NCBI GenBank assembly: GCA_964489845.1
Contig: CAZAZV010000002.1
Coordinates: forward strand, 770 to 64,769
DNA length: 64,000 bases
DNA from: an uncultured Candidatus Saccharibacteria bacterium
Lineage (GTDB): Bacteria > Patescibacteriota > Minisyncoccia > UBA6257 > GWB1-50-10
Reading direction: 5' to 3'
Positions 56,241 through 64,000 of this stretch are shown one piece after another. A program made the translations under genes and the position numbers. Positions within the stretch are counted from its first letter, which is position 1. Each line of letters begins with the position of its first letter. Below the pieces are notes generated by a model. The model searched no databases. It saw only the letters and a list, made by a program, of their open reading frames with translations, and was not told the DNA's origin.

Positions 56241-57286
56241 TACTTCAGCCGATATGCTCCCCCCGGCAGTCGCTCGAAATACTGCCGGTTCTGGAGGTTG
56301 AGCACGATGGTATTCTCCTTCGAAAACTTGCGCTTCTGAACGGCGTTTATCAGTTCCCGGGCGCTCATCGGCCCGTTTTCTCCCAAAATCCTCGCGATCA
56401 CTTCCCGTACCGTTCCTCCTTCGTACCCGTCTTCCTTCAACCCGTACGTTCCCCGGCCCACGAGCACGAACCGCTCGTCTTTGATGAGTTCGTTATGAAT
56501 GGTCTGAGGATGCACGCGCCGTTCGGCAAGTCCGACTTCCTGGATCATTTTCGCAATGTCTCTGAAGTGCAACGGCTTCCCGTGCTTCTTCAGTATCAGG
56601 TACGCGCGGTCGCGCGAGAATCGCGGCGTGATCTCGGGCCACTCCGCAAGTCCCACGTCTCCGAACACGTTCACGGTGACGCGGCGGGCGAGCGGCAGGA
56701 GCCGCCCCAGTTCCATGGCGTCGAACCACTCGAGATGCTTACGCTTCACAAGAATTCCTTCCGGTCCCGCTTGCTCGAATCTCTTGATGAGCTGCTTCAC
56801 GTCCCGCAGCACCCCGCTCTTCTGCCGCTCGTCGAGGTACCAAAACGCTTCCACGTCCCGATCGCCGGGAAAATAAAACGGCGCGCCGTTCGAAACTTCG
56901 AGGACGAAGTGCAGTTTGTTCGCGCACTGCTGCACCGAGTCGACAAGTCCTTTGCGCTCGAGGTCGGCGAGAAATTGCTCGCCGTGCGCGTAGCCGCCGC
57001 GTTCCTTCAGAATCACGTACGCGTCAGCGAGAAAATCCTGCAAAAGTCCCGCGAGAACATCTGCGAGCGCTTCCCGCGTTTTTTTCTCTATTTGCCGCAC
57101 CCGCTCGCGCGTCAGTTCAAGGTCGTCTCCGATTTCCTGGAGCGTCCGCCGCGTACCGCTTCGGTCGAGACCGAATCGTCCTCGTATGACTTCGCGCTGC
57201 TTCGGGGAAAAATCCGCAAGCGCGTCCCGCAATATGCCATCCAAATACGTCATAGGAAATCTAACAATAACACACAAGTTATCCAC
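56240..57286 (-). CDS. Sigma-70 region-4 HTH domain protein with large unknown C-terminal domain
   Basis: FSPKQREVIRGRFGL...TLQEIGDDLELTRERVRQIEKKTREAL. Confidence 0.5.
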   Translation of the reverse strand: MDNLCVIVRFPMTYLDGILRDALADFSPKQREVIRGRFGLDRSGTRRTLQEIGDDLELTRERVRQIEKKTREALADVLAGLLQDFLADAYVILKERGGYAHGEQFLADLERKGLVDSVQQCANKLHFVLEVSNGAPFYFPGDRDVEAFWYLDERQKSGVLRDVKQLIKRFEQAGPEGILVKRKHLEWFDAMELGRLLPLARRVTVNVFGDVGLAEWPEITPRFSRDRAYLILKKHGKPLHFRDIAKMIQEVGLAERRVHPQTIHNELIKDERFVLVGRGTYGLKEDGYEGGTVREVIARILGENGPMSARELINAVQKRKFSKENTIVLNLQNRQYFERLPGGAYRLK

Positions 57287-57289
57287 ACG

Positions 57290-58195
57290 TCAATCCCCCT
57301 TGTTTCTGCCCTGCCACAGGTACAGGAGCGGGCTCGCCACGAAGATGGATGAATACGTTCCCGCGACGGTCCCGATGAGTACGGTAAGGAGGAACCCCAT
57401 GAGTGACGAGGGGCCGAAAAGGAGGAGCGCAATGAGCACGACGATGAGCGTGCCGGATGTATTCATGGACCGCATGAGGGTCTGATTCACGCTGTCGTTC
57501 ACAATGTCTCCGAGCGGGATCCGTTCGTTCTTCCGCTCGAGGAGGTGTTCGCGGATGCGGTCGAAGACCACAATCGTGTCGTGCACCGAGAAACCAACCG
57601 TCATCAGCAAGCCGACAAGTATCGTCGTGTCCACGTCGAAGAGACCGAAATGTCCGAAGAGTGCCACCGCGCCAAGCGGGATGCTCACGTCGTGAAACAG
57701 CGCGATGAGCGTCGAGAAGCCGTACTTCCACGAGGAAACCCTCGCCGCCGCCTTGCGGAACGCCCACCCGACAAAGAAGGTAATCGCCGCAATCGCGCCG
57801 ATGAGCGCCCAGAGCGACTGGCGCCACAATGCTTTGCTCACCGTCGGCCCGATACTCGAGAATCCGAGCGTCTGGAACGTTCCAAACGCCTTCGTGAGCG
57901 CCTGCTCGTACGCCGTCTTATCCGACGGCATCATCTGTTTCACCCGTATGACGATGCCCTCCCCCACCCGCTCGGTCGCCACATCGGCATGAAACGTTTT
58001 TTCGACGAACGCCCTCACCTGCTCCGGAGAAACGGTTGTCGAGGAAGCAAACTGCACGCTCCACGACGTGCCACCGGACAAATCCGCACCCGGCTGCAAA
58101 CCGAACACGAACACGCACACCCACGCCGCGAAAACGAGCGCGAGCGCGACACCCAGGAAAACGTTTCTGTGTTTTATGACGTCAAGCTTATGCAT
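57290..58195 (-). CDS. secF: Protein-export membrane protein SecF
   Basis: 301 aa, 6 TM, follows secD. Confidence 0.85.
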   Translation of the reverse strand: MHKLDVIKHRNVFLGVALALVFAAWVCVFVFGLQPGADLSGGTSWSVQFASSTTVSPEQVRAFVEKTFHADVATERVGEGIVIRVKQMMPSDKTAYEQALTKAFGTFQTLGFSSIGPTVSKALWRQSLWALIGAIAAITFFVGWAFRKAAARVSSWKYGFSTLIALFHDVSIPLGAVALFGHFGLFDVDTTILVGLLMTVGFSVHDTIVVFDRIREHLLERKNERIPLGDIVNDSVNQTLMRSMNTSGTLIVVLIALLLFGPSSLMGFLLTVLIGTVAGTYSSIFVASPLLYLWQGRNKGD

Positions 58196-59456
58196 GGTTT
58201 GATTCCGATTCAGTGCCGGCAGTCCGCGGCGCCTTGCTCGCGCGGAGTATCGTCCTCGTGAACACGACAGCCGTCAGCATGCTTGTCGCGACACCAATGA
58301 AGAGCGCGAGCGCGAACCCGCGGACGAAACTCGTCGTAATGTAGAAAAGAATCACGGCGGAGATCATCGTCGCGATATTCGAATCGCGTATGGAACTCCA
58401 CGCGCGCTTGAAACCGTTCTCCACCGCCTGCGCGTACGGTATTCCCTGCCGCAGTTCTTCTTTCATTCGCTCGAAGACGAGCACGTTCGCATCGACCGCC
58501 ATGCCGAGCGACAGCACGATACCGGCGATGCTCGAGAGCGAGAGTGTCACGGGAACCAGCTTGAAAATCGTAAGGTTCAGGAGCGCATAGACGATGAGCG
58601 CGATGACGGAATAAATTCCCAGGCGGCGGTAGTACAGGAGCATGTAGAGCGCGACGAACGCGAACCCGACGACACCCGCGACGAGCGCCTCATGGAACGA
58701 TTTTGCTCCGAGGAGCGGGCTCACGGTTTCTTGGTCGACGAGCTGTATCGGGGCCGGAAGCGCGCCGGCATTGAACCGCGCGGCGAGCTGCTGCGCCGCT
58801 TCGACGGTGAAGTTGCCCGAAATCTGGGCCTTGCCTCCGGTAATTTCTTCTCGCACCGTCGGCTCCTCGAGCAGCTTGTTGTCCAAAAAGACCGCAATCG
58901 GCTTGCCGATGTTCTGCCGCGTCAGGTCGGCGAAGAGTTTCGCGCCGTTTTGCGTCAGTTCGAAATTGACGACGGGCGCGCTCGTGTATTGGTCGAAGGA
59001 AACGCTCGCGCCGGTCACGTCGCTCCCCGTAAGCCCTGTCGGGGTGTACGTCTCCGTCCCGTCTTTTGCGACCGTCACGGTGCGGAAATCCAGGGTCGGC
59101 GTCGTGCCGATTTCCGCAATGGCTTCGTCGAGGTTCTTGATGCCCGCGAGTTCAACGACCAGCCGTTCCTCGCTCCCTACTCTCTTGATGTATACCTGCG
59201 GCTCGCTCACGCCGAACAGGTCGACGCGTTTCTCGATGACGTCGCGCAAGCCGGAGAGCACACTCGACTCGTCGGAAGCGGGAACTTTACTCATATCGAT
59301 GCTGTACTCGAGATGGCTGCCGCCCGCCACATCAAGTCCTAGCCGCCACGGCCTGAAATCGGAAAGCTGGCTCCAGACCGGTTGGTACACGAAGAGCGCT
59401 CCGAACAGCGCGATGACGGTGAAAATGATGAGAATGGAAGAGTTCCGCTGCGTCAT
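58188..59456 (-). CDS. secD: Protein-export membrane protein SecD
   Basis: 422 aa; periplasmic domain plus C-terminal 6 TM; LGLDVAGGSHL. Confidence 0.88.
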   Translation of the reverse strand: MTQRNSSILIIFTVIALFGALFVYQPVWSQLSDFRPWRLGLDVAGGSHLEYSIDMSKVPASDESSVLSGLRDVIEKRVDLFGVSEPQVYIKRVGSEERLVVELAGIKNLDEAIAEIGTTPTLDFRTVTVAKDGTETYTPTGLTGSDVTGASVSFDQYTSAPVVNFELTQNGAKLFADLTRQNIGKPIAVFLDNKLLEEPTVREEITGGKAQISGNFTVEAAQQLAARFNAGALPAPIQLVDQETVSPLLGAKSFHEALVAGVVGFAFVALYMLLYYRRLGIYSVIALIVYALLNLTIFKLVPVTLSLSSIAGIVLSLGMAVDANVLVFERMKEELRQGIPYAQAVENGFKRAWSSIRDSNIATMISAVILFYITTSFVRGFALALFIGVATSMLTAVVFTRTILRASKAPRTAGTESESNHA

Positions 59457-59474
59457 AAAATGTTCACGGTAATA

Positions 59475-60698
59475 CTACTCCAAACTTCTCCTTCCCCGCA
59501 ACTCCCGGTGGTACGTGATGGCGAAGCGGTGCGCCTCGTCCCGCACGCGGATGAGCGTCTCCTCCGAGGTGCCGCGCGGCACGCGGCCGATAAACTCGTT
59601 CTTCTTCCGCTTCGGCCCTTTCGCAATACCGACGACCGGCACGGAAATATCGTGTTTCGCAAGCACTTCCTGCACCGCATGAACCTGCGCCACACCGCCA
59701 TCGACGAGGACAGTGTCCGGCAGCGGCCAGTTGTCCTGTGGCGGAATGTGCCGCAGGCGCCGCGCGAGCACTTCCTTCAGCATGCCGACATCGCCACCCG
59801 CTTCGGTCCGGAAAGCGCGGATGCGGAATTTGCGGTACTCGCTCCGCGAGGGTTTGCCGTTCCTGAACACGACCATCACGCCAACCGCCGACGTGCCCGA
59901 TATATTCGAGATGTCGTACCCCTCTATCCGTTCCGTTTGTTCCTCTCGCGCCGCATCTCTGCTGATGAGCGCGATATCGTTCACGTGTGTGAGGGCGAAA
60001 AGCTGCCGCTTCGCGCGCTCCGCCGCTTCGTATTCCTGCCGCTTCGCGTACGTTTTCATATCCCGCTCAAGCCGCCGGACGAGCGCCTGCCGTTCGCCTT
60101 TCAAAACCTGTTTCAGTCCACGAAGGTCGCGCCGGTACTTTTCCTTTTCGAAATTCCCCGTGCACGTCCCCGGGCAAAGACCGAGTTCCGCATCGAGGCA
60201 CGGCCGCTTGAACGTACCGATGTCGTGCGGGTTGTGCGTGCTGAACGGGAAAATCTTCCGAAGGAGCTTCAGCGCGACCGTAATCTGCGAACTTTGCACG
60301 AAGGGACCGAAGGCGCGCGCTTTTTCCTGCTCCGTGAGTTCCTTTCCGCGCATAAGTTTCACCTGGGGTGCCGCGCCGCGCGTCACAACGACATAGAGAA
60401 AACTCTTATCGTCTTTCTCCTTGACGTTGTACGGCGGGTAGTACCGCTTGATGAGCTGCGACTCGAGCATGAGTGCTTCGAGCGCGGTGTCGGTCTCCTT
60501 CGTCTCGATACCGTCTATCAAGTTCACCATGCGCTCAATGCGGCTGTCGTGGGGACGCTCGAAATAGCTTCGCACGCGGCGCGACAAATTCCCCGCCTTT
60601 CCGACGTACAGAATCTTCCCCCGCTTGTCCTTCATCAAGTACACGCCCGGCGTCTGCGGAATTTTCTCCAGTATCTTTTTGGTAGTATCTTGGATCAT
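59475..60698 (-). CDS. uvrC: Excinuclease ABC subunit C, short form (GIY-YIG plus RNase H-like, no C-terminal HhH)
   Basis: GVYLMKDKRGKILYVGKAGNLSRRVRSYF GIY-YIG; UvrBC motif region. Confidence 0.75.
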   Translation of the reverse strand: MIQDTTKKILEKIPQTPGVYLMKDKRGKILYVGKAGNLSRRVRSYFERPHDSRIERMVNLIDGIETKETDTALEALMLESQLIKRYYPPYNVKEKDDKSFLYVVVTRGAAPQVKLMRGKELTEQEKARAFGPFVQSSQITVALKLLRKIFPFSTHNPHDIGTFKRPCLDAELGLCPGTCTGNFEKEKYRRDLRGLKQVLKGERQALVRRLERDMKTYAKRQEYEAAERAKRQLFALTHVNDIALISRDAAREEQTERIEGYDISNISGTSAVGVMVVFRNGKPSRSEYRKFRIRAFRTEAGGDVGMLKEVLARRLRHIPPQDNWPLPDTVLVDGGVAQVHAVQEVLAKHDISVPVVGIAKGPKRKKNEFIGRVPRGTSEETLIRVRDEAHRFAITYHRELRGRRSLE

Positions 60699-60705
60699 TT
60701 ATTCA

Positions 60706-61029
60706 CTACCTCACTTCCGACCCGGGCATAACTTTCTTGTCGGGCGTGAGAAGCGCCAAACTGCCCCCATCATCGCTCGCGGCAAGGAGCATCCCCTGGC
60801 TCTCGAACCCCATGAGCGTCCGCGGCGCGAGGTTTACGACAACAACAATCTGCCGCCCGACGAGTTCATCGGCCTCGTAATACTTCGCGATACCGGCGAC
60901 GATTTGACGTTCCTCCGTCCCGATATCAACGCGCAGTTTCATAAGCTTCTCCGAGTCCTCAACCCGCTCCGCGGCGAGAACCTTCCCGACCCGCAATTCA
61001 ACGTTTTTAAAATCTTCAAAAGATATCAT
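60706..61029 (-). CDS. tRNA-binding domain protein (CsaA/Myf-like OB fold)
   Basis: LRVGKVLAAERVEDSEKLMKLRVDIGTEERQIVAGIAKYY...QIVVVVNLAPRTLMGFESQGMLLAA. Confidence 0.75.
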   Translation of the reverse strand: MISFEDFKNVELRVGKVLAAERVEDSEKLMKLRVDIGTEERQIVAGIAKYYEADELVGRQIVVVVNLAPRTLMGFESQGMLLAASDDGGSLALLTPDKKVMPGSEVR

Positions 61030-61056
61030 GGAATTATTTTATCATCACTTGATTAC

Positions 61057-61397
61057 CTATTGCAGCCGGCTCCCGAGCCCCACATCCGGCTTGCCGGGCG
61101 TGATAAGGACCCACCCGCCGCCTTTCATGTTCCTAAATCCGAGCGTCAGAACCTCGGAAGAAAAGGACGCGATGCGCTTCAGCGGGAAATTCACGACGCA
61201 GACGACAAGCATACTAGACAGTTCTTCTTTGGTATGCGCCCCGACGGCCCGCACGCTTGACGTTTTTACACCGAGCTCCGGCCCGAAATCTATCTTCAGC
61301 TTGAACGCCGGCATCCGCGCTTCGGGAAACTCATTGACCTCAACGACTTTCCCGACACGAATATCAATTTTTCAAAATCTTCGTATGCAACGGTCAT
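61057..61397 (-). pseudogene. Tandem paralogue of the tRNA-binding protein, disrupted by a -1 frameshift in an A5 run
   Basis: Frame 1 gives MTVAYEDFEK; after gaaaaattg the alternative frame gives IDIRVGKVVEVNEFPEARMPAFKLKIDFG... A 6th A would restore EKIDIRVGK. Confidence 0.55.
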
Positions 61398-61580
61398 GAG
61401 ATCCCCTTCGGCCGCTCTTTTCAGTTTTTCCTCATCGAATTTCACAGCTCCGCGTTTCGCAAAGTGATCATCTCCATCTTATTTTTATCATATAAGGTTA
61501 TATGATAGTATTTTGGCTTCCTGTAATTTCGGGAGGGTCGAGAACTACAAAAATTAAAGCATGGTGGCTGTCTTCTCGCT

Positions 61581-61628
61581 GCTCAATATCTTTAGAACGA
61601 GATGTTCTCTGAATTTCACCATTTTCAT
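61581..61628 (-). repeat. 48-nt exact direct repeat = duplicated 5' end (MKMVKFREHLVLKILS) of the ASCH gene at 62656-62859
   Basis: Identical to 62812-62859; minus strand reads ATGAAAATGGTGAAATTCAGAGAACATCTCGTTCTAAAGATATTGAGC, then a stop after 6 more codons. Confidence 0.75.
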
Positions 61629-62165
61629 ACCGGTTTCGATACAAGTTTCAGGTACACCTCGCGCAAGAGTTTAGTATCATCCAGCGCGTGATGCTCCCGA
61701 TATTTCGTGTGGTCAATCCCCAACTCGTGGTAAAAATTGTTTTTGTCGCCATGGTAATAACTCTCCGGACTCACGCCAAAACCGAAAAGGATTGACGCGA
61801 AATCAATCGGTATCCAGTGAAACGGTGCCACCAGTCCCGCATAATTTATAGAGATAGAGCGCATCAAATTGATTCACGTACGCGACCATAAAGGGTTCAC
61901 CATCTCCCACGAACTTTTTTATTCTCTTCGCCGCCTCTTCTCTCCCGATTTTCTCTTCCGTAAGGAATGGGACAACGTGCTCCTGTACCCATTTGTCCAC
62001 AGCACCATCCCATTCCAGTTCGACGTATAATTCCTCGCCATTCAGTTTCACGAGTCCTACGGAAAGCAACTCTCCTTTATAAGGGTCTAAGCTCGTAAAT
62101 TCGGTATCGACGAATACGATATTATCTGAAAAAGGCGTGAATGGTTTCATAATTTCTTCGGCCAT
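61625..62165 (-). pseudogene. DEDDh (DnaQ-like) 3'-5' exonuclease split by a frameshift near 61850
   Basis: Exo I VFVDTEFTSLDP and Exo II-like AYVNQFDALYL in one frame; Exo III HHALDDTKLLREVY in the overlapping frame (ORFs 61803-62165 and 61625-61867). Confidence 0.55.
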
Positions 62166-62701
62166 ATTGCCAGAAAGTAAGCACTCGAATCGGGTACGTT
62201 ATTGAACCACGCGAATCGCAAATGTTCTGCTCCTATCGTATGGCTCTTTCCGTCTTCCGGATCATTATATCGAAAAGCATCTTTCTCACCCCGGTAGCCA
62301 GTAATAACAATAAAATGACCGGCCTTCGTCAGAGGTAAGCGATGAAGCAGTGAGTAACGGATGTTTACGATAACCGGCACCCCCCGCTTTAGAAAAGTTA
62401 TGATATCCTTCGTATCCGGCAGTTTCAGCTTCGCGCCCCCATCAGCGAGTTTCCTATTGTACGAGAAACAGGAAATGTTAAACCCGAGTTTCCCAGCAAA
62501 GTCTGCGAGTTTCGTTGTTTTCACGCCGTAACTTTTCAGACCACCAACTTCCCGTATTATTTCTTTCTCGGGTATATCCCGTCCCCAGAAAGATAACACC
62601 ATCCTCAAAGAGGTTGTTCCACATGTATTTTTGCGCTGTTTGAATTTCGGTACGTTTATAAACATCTCCTGATTTTCGAAACACTTCTTACCGTAATCCA
62701 T
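62147..62701 (-). CDS. Papain-like (C39-like) cysteine peptidase
   Basis: QRKNTCGTTSLRMVLSFWG catalytic Cys context; downstream His in GHFIVITGY. Confidence 0.5.
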   Translation of the reverse strand: MDYGKKCFENQEMFINVPKFKQRKNTCGTTSLRMVLSFWGRDIPEKEIIREVGGLKSYGVKTTKLADFAGKLGFNISCFSYNRKLADGGAKLKLPDTKDIITFLKRGVPVIVNIRYSLLHRLPLTKAGHFIVITGYRGEKDAFRYNDPEDGKSHTIGAEHLRFAWFNNVPDSSAYFLAIWPKKL

Positions 62702-62859
62702 GCGGACATCGCGCCGAATGTTTCTCCCGTGTTCCAGTTCACAAGCTCAATGCGGTCCCCTTCCTGCAAATCCTTGTCGTCGAAAAGCCGCCACGTAACC
62801 GTCTTCTCGCCGCTCAATATCTTTAGAACGAGATGTTCTCTGAATTTCACCATTTTCAT
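62656..62859 (-). CDS. Mini ASCH-domain protein (67 aa)
   Basis: EHLVLKILSGEKTVTWR...FGAMSAWITVRSVSKI; paralogous to 63296-63727. Confidence 0.5.
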   Translation of the reverse strand: MKMVKFREHLVLKILSGEKTVTWRLFDDKDLQEGDRIELVNWNTGETFGAMSAWITVRSVSKIRRCL

Positions 62860-63299
62860 ACTCTCCTAAACTCATAATACATCCTAATGCATTCATCTTC
62901 GTCTCGAACAAGCTCCATCATCAACGCTTCTTCCGGTGAAACCCACCGGTGTTCCCGTAACTCGTCGGCTTTCAGTACAATCTCCGGCAAAATATTAAAT
63001 TCTATTCGAAACATATGAAATATGAAGTGATGTTCCGGCCACACCACATATACTTTCGTTAAATATTGCAGCGCCGCCTGCGATACATCCTGTCCGATTT
63101 CTTCCCTGATTTCTCTTGCCATCGCCTCCGATACATCCTCGCCAGCATCTACCTTACCAGCCAGAACACCCCACTTGTCTCCTTCTGGTTTATGCTTAAG
63201 ACGACGTAAAAGCAAGATCTTACCATCATGCTCTATGAAACAACTCACCACTTCGGGTATTGTCGGGTTAAATTCTTGTGGAATCTCTTTATATATCAT
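62856..63299 (-). CDS. NUDIX hydrolase
   Basis: GVLAGKVDAGEDVSEAMAREIREEIGQDV Nudix box. Confidence 0.8.
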   Translation of the reverse strand: MIYKEIPQEFNPTIPEVVSCFIEHDGKILLLRRLKHKPEGDKWGVLAGKVDAGEDVSEAMAREIREEIGQDVSQAALQYLTKVYVVWPEHHFIFHMFRIEFNILPEIVLKADELREHRWVSPEEALMMELVRDEDECIRMYYEFRRV

Positions 63300-63727
63300 C
63301 GCTGTATCTTTGAAATATCATCCACGGTAATCCACGCAGACATCATGCCAAATCCGGTCTTGTCGATTTCGAATGGCTCGATTTCCCGCGGGCTCTTGAG
63401 GAAGATAAACATACCATACTGCTTATCCCTGAATCGTTCAAAGAAGGCGGGTACGTCGGCTTCCTCAAGCCCGTCATCCTTGTAGTACCTATCGAGCAAT
63501 TCCCTGACTCGTTTCGACGTCAAATCGGCGAATTGCACTACCTTCTCAACTTCCGCTCTCACGCTCACCGGCTCGCCGGAGTTCTTGAAGTAAACGGTTT
63601 CCCCGGGCTTTACGGCATCCCACGGCTTACACTTCGTCACGGACCAGCGCGATTCAATCGTCTTCCGCCCGTCTAAGATTTTCGGCAAGAGTCCCCACGA
63701 TTTGCGCATAATTGCCACGTGTTCCAT
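63296..63727 (-). CDS. ASCH-domain protein
   Basis: LPKILDGRKTIESRW...FGMMSAWITVDDISKIQR. Confidence 0.6.
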   Translation of the reverse strand: MEHVAIMRKSWGLLPKILDGRKTIESRWSVTKCKPWDAVKPGETVYFKNSGEPVSVRAEVEKVVQFADLTSKRVRELLDRYYKDDGLEEADVPAFFERFRDKQYGMFIFLKSPREIEPFEIDKTGFGMMSAWITVDDISKIQR

Positions 63728-63730
63728 ATC

Positions 63731-64000
63731 TCACTTCAAAACTTTCTTCAGATATTTCCCCGTTTCGCTGCCGGCAACCTGGGAGACCTCTTCCGGCGTA
63801 CCTTCGGCGACGACGTGGCCGCCTTTCACGCCCCCGCCGGGGCCGAGGTCGATAATCCAGTCAGCCGACTTTATCACGTCCAGATTGTGCTCGATGACGA
63901 GGATGGTATTCCCCCGCTCCACGAGTTTCTGCAGTACGTCGAGAAGTTTCTGCACGTCGTCAAAGTGGAGTCCGGTTGTCGGTTCGTCGAGCAAATAGAG
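63731..64000 (-). CDS. uvrA: Excinuclease ABC subunit A, C-terminal fragment (gene continues beyond the window end)
   Basis: [54 protein letters not shown]. Confidence 0.85.
   Translation of the reverse strand, partial: LYLLDEPTTGLHFDDVQKLLDVLQKLVERGNTILVIEHNLDVIKSADWIIDLGPGGGVKGGHVVAEGTPEEVSQVAGSETGKYLKKVLK

Noticed and set aside
56240-57286. A complete alternative sigma factor
   Set aside because: Only a region-4 HTH is recognisable and no region-2 motif is present. I therefore annotated it as a sigma-r4 domain protein and not as a sigma factor.

Overview
This is a high-GC (about 58-60%) bacterial chromosomal segment, coded almost entirely on the minus strand, and it is mostly translation and replication core genes.

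Core content:
- A rearranged S10-spc-alpha ribosomal-protein superoperon runs rpmJ-rplC to rplO-secY-adk-map (749..11682), with tuf-rpsJ displaced to 17319..18837.
- A second ribosomal cluster runs infA-rpsM-rpsK-rpsD-rpoA-rplQ-rplM-ssb-rpsR (19373..23609).
- Also present are rpsL-rpsG-fusA, efp, alaS, metG, aspS, ndk, rpoD, an intein-containing dnaG, secDF, an ECF sigma factor, mnmA and uvrC/uvrA.
- Several core genes look streamlined. L30 is absent between rpsE and rplO, L3 is short, RpoA lacks a C-terminal domain, and AlaRS, AspRS and UvrC are short. This resembles reduced genomes such as Patescibacteria/CPR, but I cannot confirm the lineage from sequence alone.

Accessory content:
- A cohesin-dockerin-beta-helix surface-display operon sits between rpsJ and rpmJ-rplC, next to a duplicated promoter.
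- A family of about 135-nt structured miniature elements occurs three times. Each copy is bordered by a diverged duplicate of the adjacent gene terminus. Two copies flank fusA as inverted repeats and one lies at the tRNA-Gly 3' end.
- A second family of structured repeats occurs twice (39541..39715 and 56026..56240).
- Other accessory genes include a HicAB pair, two NUDIX/ASCH clusters, GH130 phosphorylase-like genes with a PMM-like HAD enzyme, a DsbB/thioredoxin pair, and a TraG/VirD4-like ATPase with a membrane partner.
- Two genes carry frameshifts in homopolymer context.
- A 48-nt gene-fragment direct repeat flanks a two-gene module at 61581..62859.

No CRISPR arrays and no rRNA genes were found.
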